Notes: generated by a model not told the origin, from the sequence alone. Shown: positions 9,418 through 18,015, counted from the first letter of the stretch. The stretch: 28,898 nt of DNA from Candidatus Hydrogenedentota bacterium (GCA_022710255.1 JAKLHG010000001.1:1-28898); one strand, 5' to 3'. Translations and numbers: made by a program.

Positions 9418-10526
9418 TATGCGTCGGCGGTCTCCGTTTCCGTTGTAGTGCATACATACGCCTCCAGCAGTACATCCTCGCCCACAGGGATTGCGCGCAA
9501 GTCTCGCAGGCGTATCGCCGCATCCATGACCTCGCGGCCCCGGCCCTGTACCGGGGTGATGGCTTCATCACCGCCGATGAGTTTCGGCGCGCAAAAGAAA
9601 CACACCTTGTCCACGATGCCCGCTTCAAAGGCCGCCGCCAGCGTGGCGCCGCCGCCTTCAATAAGCAGCGAGGTAATGCCCCGGCCGCCCAACTCCCGTA
9701 CCAGGGACCGCATATCCACGCCTTCCGGACCGGGCGGCAGTAACAGCGTGTCATCCGCAAAAGGATAGGCGGTTTGCTCCGAGGTGGCCACCCAGGTCGG
9801 CCCCTGGCGGTCCGCGGCGAACACGGCCCGGTCTTCGGACAGGTAATTACCGGCGTCCAGAATGATGCGAACGGGGTGCCGGCCCGGTTCCCCGGGAATG
9901 CGGGTGGTCAGGCTCGGGTTATCCAGCATGATCGTGCGGCTGCCTACCAGGATGGCATCGTGGGCGTGCCGCATGCGATGGGTCATGGCCCGTGCGGCCT
10001 CGCCTGTCACCCATTTCGAATGGCCCGTGCGCGTCGCTATCTTGCCGTCCAGCGTCATGGCGCATTTGGCCGTTACCCACGGCAGGCCGGTGGTAATATG
10101 CTTGACAAAGACTTCATTGAAGCGCCGCGCCTCCGCTTCAAGCACCCCCACGTCCACGCGGATGCCCGCCGCGCGCAGGCGTTCGATGCCGCCGCCCGCC
10201 ACGTGGGGGTTCGGGTCGCCCATGGCTACAACCACGCGGCCCGGCCGCCGGGTTAAAAGCAAATCCACACAAGGCGGGGTGCGCCCTTCATGGGCGCAGG
10301 GCTCCAGCGTGACATACACCGTTGCGCCGAAGGTATCCGCCGCGCCACAGGCGGCATAGGCATTTACCTCCGCATGGGGGCCGCCGGCACGCTGGTGCCA
10401 GCCTTCGCCGACAATCACGTCCTGTTTGACAATAACACAGCCCACCATCGGGTTGGGGCTGGTCCAGCCCGTTCCACGGGCCGCCAGCGCCAGGGCGCGC
10501 GCCATATAGGTTGCATCAGACTGCAT
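9417..10526 (-). CDS. ribD: Bifunctional diaminohydroxyphosphoribosylaminopyrimidine deaminase / reductase
   Basis: PNPMVGCVI, HAEV, VTLEPCAH.GRTPPC, TLDGKIAT, LLIEGG. Confidence 0.97.
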   Translation of the reverse strand: MQSDATYMARALALAARGTGWTSPNPMVGCVIVKQDVIVGEGWHQRAGGPHAEVNAYAACGAADTFGATVYVTLEPCAHEGRTPPCVDLLLTRRPGRVVVAMGDPNPHVAGGGIERLRAAGIRVDVGVLEAEARRFNEVFVKHITTGLPWVTAKCAMTLDGKIATRTGHSKWVTGEAARAMTHRMRHAHDAILVGSRTIMLDNPSLTTRIPGEPGRHPVRIILDAGNYLSEDRAVFAADRQGPTWVATSEQTAYPFADDTLLLPPGPEGVDMRSLVRELGGRGITSLLIEGGGATLAAAFEAGIVDKVCFFCAPKLIGGDEAITPVQGRGREVMDAAIRLRDLRAIPVGEDVLLEAYVCTTTETETADA

Positions 10527-10567
10527 AAAACAAAAAACCCCGACCAGGTTTCATCAACCCTTCGGGG
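10527..10567 (-). terminator. Attenuator terminator of the FMN riboswitch expression platform
   Basis: Minus strand CCCCGA-AGGGTTGATGAAACCTGG-TCGGGG-TTTTTTGTTTT immediately before the ribD ATG. Its 5' arm CCCCGAAGG is the exact complement of aptamer CCTTCGGGG. Confidence 0.8.
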
Positions 10568-10645
10568 AATACGGGAAGCGTCGCGGACCAACTGCTTCAT
10601 TCTGTTCGCACACCCGGCGATACCGGACACACCGGGCACTATGCG

Positions 10646-10765
10646 GCCGCCTCCTCTCATCCGGACTCTAACCGTCGGCCCCGGATTCACACCGGTGTCG
10701 GCGCCTTGCGGCGTTCGCGGGCTTTCACCGCCGGTCGGGAATTTCACCCAGCCCCGAAGGTCGGC
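10646..10765 (-). ncRNA. FMN riboswitch (RFN element)
   Basis: Minus strand CCTTCGGGGCTGGGTGAAATTCCCGACCGGCGGTGAAAGCCCGCGA...GCCGACGGTTAGAGTCCGGATGAGAGGAGG matches the RFN consensus; P1 GCCGaCCUUC/GGAGGCGGC; lies upstream of the rib operon. Confidence 0.96.
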
Positions 10766-10783
10766 TTATCATTTACGGGTATG

Positions 10784-10813
10784 ATTGTAATCCTATACCC
10801 GCGTGCGTGTCAA
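10784..10813 (-). promoter_or_regulatory. Sigma70-type promoter of the rib operon
   Basis: TTGACA (10813-10808), 18-nt spacer, TACAAT (10789-10784), about 20 nt upstream of the aptamer. Confidence 0.7.
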
Positions 10814-11025
10814 ATGCCCCCCGGCAGCACACCCCACCGGACTGCTACAAAGGGTACCACCCTTTAGACGGCGCGGACAAGGCGCTCCTGTGCAGCCTCC
10901 CGCACAGACCGATGCGATGTAGAAATGGCCCGGTCTTTCACGTATACTGAAGAGGGGTACGCTTTGGGTACCCTGCGACAGGAACGCATCCGGACCTCCC
11001 GGGCGCGGCCGTCAGGAGAACAGGC

Positions 11026-11319
11026 ATGAAACTGAACACACTGCCTCCGGTTGCCATCATGCTGGCCCTCAGCGTGGGCGGTATCGCGGTCGCCGAACCG
11101 GTCAATGTGGAAATCAGCGGTAATACCCGCATCCGCGGGAACTATTTTGACATGGACAGCATCGGCGATACCCGGTTTATTCAACAAAACACCCGCGTCA
11201 GCATCAAAGTGGATTTCACAAGCGACGTGAGCGCCGTGGTGGACCTTGACCACACCGACGGAGCAAGATATGAACGAAGACCCGCTTCCCGCCCGCGCCG
11301 GATATCCAGAAACAGGTAG
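11026..11319 (+). pseudogene. Truncated secreted outer-membrane beta-barrel protein (alginate-export-like N-terminus)
   Basis: SD AGGAG; signal peptide ending AVA-E; alternating beta-strand segments VEISGNTRIRGNYF, FIQQNTRVSIKVDFTSDVSAVVDLD; the pattern collapses after about 11255 into an Arg-rich tail. Family call is from recalled resemblance. Confidence 0.5.
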
Positions 11320-11450
11320 CCCGGGTCGGTTCTTAGCCGCTATAAAAAACAAGAGGTTGAATCGTCGTATTACCGCTGTTTTGGAATAAACAAAGACGGC
11401 TTGTGCACTCCAAAAACTATGGTCGCCCTGTTTCGAAAAGGAATACCAGA

Positions 11451-11519
11451 TTTCGAAGTAAACAGATACCCGTCATTGCGAACGTAGTGAAGCAATCCCC
11501 TTGGGTAACTACTTCGAAA
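11451..11519. repeat. REP-like element: perfect 10-bp inverted repeat flanking CGTCATTGCG...GAAGCAATC
   Basis: TTTCGAAGTA (11451-11460) / TACTTCGAAA (11510-11519); the inner motif resembles a widespread CGTCATTGCGAG...GAAGCAATC palindromic element (from recall). Confidence 0.55.
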
Positions 11520-11666
11520 ATTGCCATTCATTTCCATGGTTTCCGGATACGCCATAGGCGTATGCCGACGCATTCACAAATCCGACTCGTCCGACTCCAA
11601 AGAAACGAGAGCGTAAGTAAATCACAATTATGCACATAAGCAACATAAGCATTCACCTGTTGCAGG

Positions 11667-11793
11667 CTCGTTACGAAATTGCATTTCCTAACGCAATGGC
11701 AGGCGAAGTTGCACTTCGCGACCCCGCGCCGTATACTCTCATTCGCAGTCCAGACCGCGATGTTCACGAAATACAATTTCGCACACAAGTGCA
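11667..11793. repeat. Multi-hairpin REP/MITE-like element, copy 1 (right end truncated)
   Basis: CTCGTTACGAAA-TTGCA-TTTCCTAACG, GCGAAG-TTGCA-CTTCGC, CGAAA-TACAA-TTTCG; homologous to 18404-18547 in direct orientation. Confidence 0.75.
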
Positions 11794-11910
11794 ATAGACC
11801 CATAGTATCATCTGATACTGTGCGCAGAAGTGCGACAGCAACGACAGATAGGCGCGATAATCCGCATCACAGAAAAAGACGGGCAACCGACGGTTACCGC
11901 GCTGTGAAAT
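11791..11910 (-). pseudogene. Fragment (40 codons) of an IS200-like Y1 / REP-associated tyrosine transposase (RAYT)
   Basis: ISQRGNRRLPVFFCDADYRAYLSLLSHFCAQYQMILWVYC matches the TQRGN.R..VFF...DY..YL..L..........AYC N-terminal pattern. It stops just before the expected LM.NH.H (HUH) motif. Confidence 0.75.
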
Positions 11911-11914
11911 CTCT

Positions 11915-11943
11915 CTCGTTCCCAAATGGAATTTGGGAACGAG
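11915..11943. repeat. REP-like perfect hairpin
   Basis: CTCGTTCCCAAA-TGGAA-TTTGGGAACGAG, 12-bp stem with 5-nt loop; same CTCGTT...AACGAG termini as the multi-hairpin family. Confidence 0.8.
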
Positions 11944-12080
11944 TTCCCAACCCGCGCACATTGCAAGGCGGTTGGGTTGCCCCAATGGGCGTTTTAATAA
12001 TTGGGCGTCAAGATAATGTCATAAGAAAACTTCACAGCATCCTGAACAGATATGATGCCCCGTGAAATACCCAGACACGC

Positions 12081-14603
12081 CTACGGCATTTCGGCGACGC
12101 ACTCGATCAGCGCCTGATAGTCCTTGGCGCTGAGCACGGTGTCAAACAAGCCAATATCCTCCCCTTCGTGCTTGTTGATGCCGGTGTAACTCAGGCTGGC
12201 GTCCTCGTAGCGCTTGAACTTGTATATGGCGTCATTCATAAGTGCGCTGTTGAAAACCCCCAGGCTGACCAGCAATTCAAAGTCCTTCACGCTCAACCCC
12301 GTGACTTTTTTGAAAAGCCCCGGCTCCAACTGCGTAATTACGTCTTTTAGACATCGTTCCCGGTAATCGGTCAGGTACATGAAGATCGGAACGCGCGTGG
12401 CGAACTTGATAAGCTTTTCCTGTATCTGCTTGCGCTTGCTCTTGTATTCCTTTTCCGCCTCGGTTAGTTCTTTTTTCTCTTTCTCCGTCATCTCCTCGTC
12501 GTTCTTTTCCTTGCGCGTCTTCTTCACGGCATCCGACTTGTTGATGATCGTTTCGATGTCCTGATTCAAATTGCGGAAACCCTCGATGTTCATCAACGCC
12601 TTCATGGCGGCTTCATTGGCCATGAGCCGCTTCAAGGTATCATTGTCCACATTCACCAACAATGCGCTTTCCCAGCGTCGCACCAGCAGGGTCGCCGTCG
12701 TGCCGCTCATCGCCATGTCGAGAATCCCGGCGGCATCAATTTGCTTCATCGAACTGCCGTCATAGGATAGAACCGGCAGGAAGCTGATGAACTCGGCCAC
12801 CTTCTGTTCCGGATTCCGCTCATCCATTTTCAACCGGCAACTGTAGTACGCAATCTGCCGCAACGCCCGGTCCGGGGCGAAGTCGAAGACATAGCACTCC
12901 CTCTTGATGACCTGCTCCTCATTCGGAGACGCGCCGTCGGGGTTGCGCACCGTCCAGGGCGACTGCACCCGGAACGCCGCTTGAAAGTAGGTTTCCGGGC
13001 TGGAGGAGTTGCGCAGCATGAGGATACCCGTCCACGGCTTCACCGTCACGCCTGTGGTCAACTTGCCACAGGTCAATGTGATGGTCTTGGTCGTCAGTGG
13101 ATCGTCCATCGCCTCTTGCACCGGGGGCAGCGCCGCTACACCGATGCCGGCGGCGCTTCCCGCCGCCACAACAACCTTGTAATCGTGGTAGAACCGGTTC
13201 TGTCTCTTCGCCAGCAGATTACGCATAGCGTGACAAGCGGCCACGCTCGGCAGGAACCAGAAGGAATGGGAAAGCACGCCCAGGAGCCGCACGTCCGAGA
13301 ACGGCATGGGCGGTTTCTGCGCTCCCAGTTTCAGGTTGTCAACACTGGTCGGCATGAACGCGCCGCGTATCAAGTCCAGCCATTTCTGCACCTCGTCCTA
13401 GTATTTGAAGCGCGCCAGGACGCCCATGCCCTCGGCGGAAAAGAACACGTTCAAATCAAACTCATTGAACTCGCCCTGCATGGCTACTTCCCGGATTGCG
13501 TCCGGCAGTTGATACGTCAGCAGCACCATCCGGGGCAGCGCGGCATAGGGATTGTTGGGGCCTTCCCAGTCCTGCTTGGCCCGCTGTTCGTCGGAATAGG
13601 TCCAGTTGTAAATTTGCTCCTCGATAAACTCCCCGGAAGCTATGGCCCGGAACGGTGTGCCTGACAGGTAGAGATAGCCCTCCGTCGTGATCGGCATGAT
13701 ATCCTCGTCGAAGACATCGATCCCTTCCCCTTCGCCGAACGCGGCCTCCTTCTTGTCCTCCGCTTCGAAGAGTTCCTTCGCGTTCTCCCGCCATGCGCCG
13801 TAGTGGTATTCGTCCAGGATCACGCAGTCCCAGTTCGTTGTGTGAACCCACTCGTTCTTCGTCTTTATGCCGCCCGTGCTCGGGTTGCGGCCCAGGTAGT
13901 CCTGAAACGAGCCAAAACAAACGAGGGGCTTCTTCTTGTTCGCCTCCGCATAGGTCAGGCCACCCGGCTTGATAAACTGCCAGCCGTTGAAGTCCACATG
14001 GCATTTCAGATCTTCTTCCCACGCGCTTTGTACCGCCGGCTTGAACGTCAGCACCAATACCTTCTTCCAGCCCATCTTCTTTGCCAACTGATACGCCGCA
14101 AAGGTCTTCCCGAAACGCATCTTGCAGTTCCACAGGAAGTGGGGCGGTTTGTTCCGGTTGCCCTTGTCCTTGCGCCAACCGGCGAAATAGGCCGCCGTCT
14201 TCGTGACCGCCGCTTGCTGTTCCGGCCGCATCTTGAAATCCAGCGACCGGTTTTCTTCGTTCAGCTGACCGATCCGCACGGCGATGATCGCCGCCTTGAC
14301 CTGTTCCACCGTGCAGCGGAACCACTCGCCGTCCGGATACTTGACACCGTTTATCCGCAGCATCCGGTGTATGTCATGATCGGTGAACACCGTCCCGTCG
14401 TTCCGCATGGCGGATTCTTCGAGAACGATACGGTACGGCGGCTTGCCGGGGCGCACTGTCGGGTACTGTTGGGCAACACGGCTTTGCGCGTCCACAGTCG
14501 TGTAACCCACCTTGAGCAATCCCGCATATTGGGGATTCGTGTCCTCGTAAGCGTATATCGTCGGTCGCGCTGCCGGGCGCGGGGGGAAGAAGCCGTTGCT
14601 CAT
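12081..14603 (-). pseudogene. T5orf172/GIY-YIG-like nuclease fused to an SF2 (ResIII-type) helicase, 840 codons, interrupted by an in-frame TAG at 13398-13400
   Basis: ORFs 13398-14603 and 12081-13391 are in the same frame (…ARFKY*DEVQKWLDLIRG…). N-terminal IYAY...LLKVGYT; Walker A variant CKMRFGKT; DEYH; LSGTP; LTCGKLTTGVT; YFQAAFRVQSP. Confidence 0.82.
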
Positions 14604-15847
14604 TATTGCCCTCCTTCCGTCAATGCCTTGCGCTCTCGCAATGCGTCTTCGATCAGGCGGCGCTCCCTGGCGATTTCGAGGCGCAGTTGCTCCTCGCTGG
14701 GCAGATTTGGCAGGTACTTTGAAGCAAAAATTCGCTTGTTCTCGTTGAGTATAGAGTATTTGGCAACCGTATCGCTTTTGTCCGAGCTGAGCAACAGCCC
14801 GATGGTAGGATTGTCACCAGGGATCTTGAAGCGATCCTCGTAAAGCCTGACATAGCCATCCATCTGCCCGATGTCGGCATGGGTCAGCTTGCCCATTTTC
14901 AGATCAACCAGCAAAAAACACTTCAGGACATAGTTGTAGAAAACGAGGTCAATGTAGAAGTCATCGTCGTCGAATCGAATATGCTTCTGCCGGGAGACAA
15001 ACGAGAAGCCCTTGCCCAGTTCCAGCAGGAAGTTCTGCAAATTGTCAATAATGGATTGTTCAAGCCTGCTCTCGTGCAATTCAGGCGGATCAGGAAGTCC
15101 GAGAAACTCCAGCACCATCGGCGACTTGAGCACAGTGGCGGGTTGGACCGTTTCTCCGGGCAGCCGCTCGCGGCCTTCCGGAAGCAGGCCTTTCTCACCG
15201 TGATTTTCGATAATCCGGTCGTAGTAGAAACTGTGGATCTGCCGTTCGAGCTCTGCCTTGCTCCAGCCGCACTCGATAGCCTAGCGCTCGTAGAAATCGT
15301 GGGCGACGGCATTCTCAACCCGCATCAAGGCTCGGTAATGCGACCAGGAGAGCAGCGGATTGAAGGCTTGTGTGAATTCGCTACCCATCGGGTAGCGAAT
15401 CTGTGATTGAGTCAATTCTCTTCCCAATGGGGAAAGTTTCTCGGATTCCGGCAATTCGCCACCCGTCGGGTAGCAAATTGCGCTCCCAAGAGTGGCAAAC
15501 GCTTGGTAAAACTGCCTGAAAGTCTTGAGATTCGCGACAGAAAAACCTTTCCCATACCGCTCTGTCAGTAGTACGGACAGGCTCTCCAGCACCTGCTTGC
15601 CATATTCCGCCCGCTCCTCCCCGCCCTGCACGGCCTCCACAATCTCCCGGCCGATCAGCCAATAGGCCGTCACCATGTTCGTGTTGACCGCCCGAACGAC
15701 ATTGCCCCGCGCCTGTTCCAGAATCGCGGCCACACGATCAAAGAGAGGCACATCAACAGGAGATGCGGATTTCTGCAGCAGCTCATTGGGTGGCTTTCGT
15801 TTGCCAGCGCCCGACGGCTTACTCCCTGATGACGCTTTCTTACTCAT
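14603..15847 (-). pseudogene. yhcG: YhcG/DUF1016 family PD-(D/E)xK nuclease, 414 codons, interrupted by an in-frame TAG at 15281-15283
   Basis: N-part VNTNMVTAYWLIGREIVE..Q.G..RAEYG and LSWSHYRAL; reads …DFYER*AIECGWSKAELERQI… in frame into LKSPMVLEFL, ELGKGFSFV.RQ and FYIDLVFYN...LVDLK...IGQMDGY. TAATG coupling to the helicase gene. Confidence 0.88.
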
Positions 15848-16035
15848 CGCTGGACGCCCCGCTCCAGAATTGCCACCTGGAAGTTGCCATTACCACAGGC
15901 CGGTTCCAGAAAACGGGAGTCAATCCGCTCCGTTTCCTGCTTGACCAGGTCGAGCATGGCGTTGACCTCCCGTTGCCCGGTCAAGACCTCGCCATGATCC
16001 GCCACCCGCTGTTTCGATATGACCTGTGATTCCAT
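15844..16035 (-). pseudogene. N-terminal stub (63 aa) of an amino-DNA methyltransferase (RM subunit M-like)
   Basis: SKQRVADHGEVLT, REVNAMLDLV and the SAM-binding motif I FLEPACGNGNF. Terminates after AILERGVQR with no catalytic (N/D)PPY motif; its stop overlaps the yhcG start (ATGA). Confidence 0.8.
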
Positions 16036-16353
16036 GAACCCGGACCTCAGCCCCCAATTCGGCTTCTTTTGTCCTCTATACTAGATGAAACAACTTCTTC
16101 CGCGTCGCCGTCACAACACCACCCTCACAGTGGTGTTTAGAACACGCGTGTCACCAGTGTTGATGATGATTGTACTATATTCAAGTTGCTGATAGTAACT
16201 CCTTCGCTAACCGATAATTTCTTGAGACGGCCGTTCATGAGGTTTCGCCTTCTCCGTAAACGATAAAAATAAGACCGTTGTAAGCGACGGACAGACCCGG
16301 CTTACGGCTTTCGCTGGGGTCAGCTCCTGCGCTCCGAACTTATTTTCAGTTTT

Positions 16354-16409
16354 CCGGTGGTATCGCTTCGCTCAACCGCCGGCGAATGGCATTTACCCCT
16401 ACCGGGGTA
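16354..16409. repeat. Paired small hairpins, REP-like
   Basis: CCGGTGGT-atcgcttcgctca-ACCGCCGG (16354-16382) followed by TACCCC-tacc-GGGGTA (16394-16409). Confidence 0.45.
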
Positions 16410-16697
16410 TCTACACAATGGGCCGCTACAATTTTTTCAGGATAGCGGAGTATCGAACCCTTGGATTTATGAGTCTTCGAATCCGGTGTATGATCCGGTG
16501 GTTATTCAAAAAACGGACGTGACCTATCCTATTCTGGGAACACTGCTGTCCAAATTAAGACAGGGTTAAGATGTATTCCCGCTCAAACGAAGGCGCATTT
16601 AACGCTAATTATCCATGTACAGATTAAGGGTACCTTTTTCTGGGGGTGACGGTCCTGTCTAAGTCAGGATAATACAGCGGCGTTTAATGCCGGGCTT

Positions 16698-16783
16698 CAG
16701 TAGGCGTACCTTCCCTGGTGCGCCCTAAGGGGCCATTTCTGTACTTGTGGAATTATGGCGCACCAGGGAAGGTACGCCTACTG
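16698..16783. repeat. REPIN-like doublet A
   Basis: Perfect 27-bp IR CAGTAGGCGTACCTTCCCTGGTGCGCC (16698-16724 / 16757-16783). Each arm is GTAG plus its own hairpin GGCGTACC-ttccct-GGTGCGCC. Confidence 0.85.
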
Positions 16784-16934
16784 CGGGCATAAGAATTATT
16801 CAGGCAACTATGAACGAGGAGAGGAATGGGCGGCGTTTCTTTTGGGCGATGAAAAACAAAACCAAAAAAAAATACAACCCTAATCTGGACAAGAGTATAC
16901 TTCTTTTTACGTGTATATCAACACCCCAAACCCC

Positions 16935-17110
16935 TGCCCAAATCCGCACGTAAGAAACCGAGCTGTTGGTGTAAAGCCAATAAGGACAAGGAATGTAGAA
17001 GCGGCATCCTGCCGCTTTGCATCAAGACGGACATGCGGGCCGCAGTCACGATGGAAGCGGCAGGATGCCACTTCTACGCTCTTGCCATTCCTTACGTGCG
17101 GATTTAGGCA
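16935..17110. repeat. REPIN-like doublet B nested inside a 23-bp terminal inverted repeat
   Basis: Inner GTAGAAGCGGCATCCTGCCGCTT (16995-17017 / 17055-17077, 1 mismatch). Outer TGCC(C/T)AAATCCGCACGTAAG(A/G)AA (16935-16957 / 17088-17110, 21/23). Confidence 0.82.
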
Positions 17111-17723
17111 CTGGTATCCAAATTAAGGCTGCTATCGAACACATATAGTTGAATTCATTGGCATTTTGGACAGGTTTTGGCGTCATTTTCCCGGTTTCCA
17201 GGATCAGGTTTACTGACCGCTGCATTTGCCTGTCCAAACTGCGAAGGCCGTTGAGAGACCATTCCAGGGCCACAAAATGCCATAAATACAGGCTTTCCCC
17301 GGTGCTTACCACATGGAAATAGGTGTCAACGCATGGAACGAGCCTGTCCAAGAAAATCTAATTTGGACAAGGATGTTCTGGGAACGTTTGTGGGAAGCGC
17401 AGGGTCGTGAGGGGGCAATAGGGCGGGCTGTCTTTCTGCAGGCATACCTTCCCAGAGGTGCGTCTTAGTGCGGTTTAGCCCCTAATCGCTCAAGTACCAT
17501 CAAAAAAACAAGAAGTTGAATGCATAGGCGGAGAAAAAATGGGACTGTTCCCGCCACAAATTATACGCGTTCGTTTGTTGATAGGAGCGCATTGATACAT
17601 GTTTTAGGCTGTGGGTGCTGTGGGTTTGCGCATAACAAAGCGGCGGGAACTCCTGAGAAACACAAATCGCAACCTGTTAATATAGAACAGCTTACCCGCA
17701 TTTGGTTTTTTCACGAATCATCT

Positions 17724-17795
17724 CGATTACGAAATACGAGTACGAGCACGAACCACGAATCGGCGCAATCATGCTCGTGCTCGTGCTCGTAATCG
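17724..17795. repeat. Hexamer-unit (ACGAGC / GCTCGT) inverted repeat
   Basis: CGATTACGAAATACGAGTACGAGCACGA ... TGCTCGTGCTCGTGCTCGTAATCG. Confidence 0.75.
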
Positions 17796-17880
17796 TAGTC
17801 GTGCTCTCATAATCGTACAGTTTCTTTTGACAACTACCCCCGGTATGCCGGGGTGAACCGCTGCGCTGAAATTTTATATC

Positions 17881-17970
17881 TACTGGGATCGCTGGCATCC
17901 CTGCCGGCTGATTCAACGCAAATGCCTGTCATGCCACGTCTGGCCGGCAGGGATGCCAGCGATCCCAGTA
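17881..17970. repeat. REPIN-like doublet C
   Basis: Perfect 28-bp IR TACTGGGATCGCTGGCATCCCTGCCGGC (17881-17908 / 17943-17970); each arm has an internal hairpin GCTGGCA-tccc-TGCCGGC. Confidence 0.85.
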
Positions 17971-18015
17971 AGGGACAATTTCATCGTTTACGGTGGAGCC
18001 GTAAGCCTCATGTGC

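Noticed and set aside
11270-11389. 39-codon ORF behind GGAG at the porin breakpoint (MNEDPLPARAGYPETGSPGRFLAAIKNKRLNRRITAVLE)
   Set aside because: No recognisable motif, amphipathic pattern or paralog; an SD-like match alone is not enough support.
16444-16480. tRNA-like GGTTCGA sequence on the minus strand (possible integration site)
   Set aside because: The T-stem does not pair and no cloverleaf or CCA end can be built.
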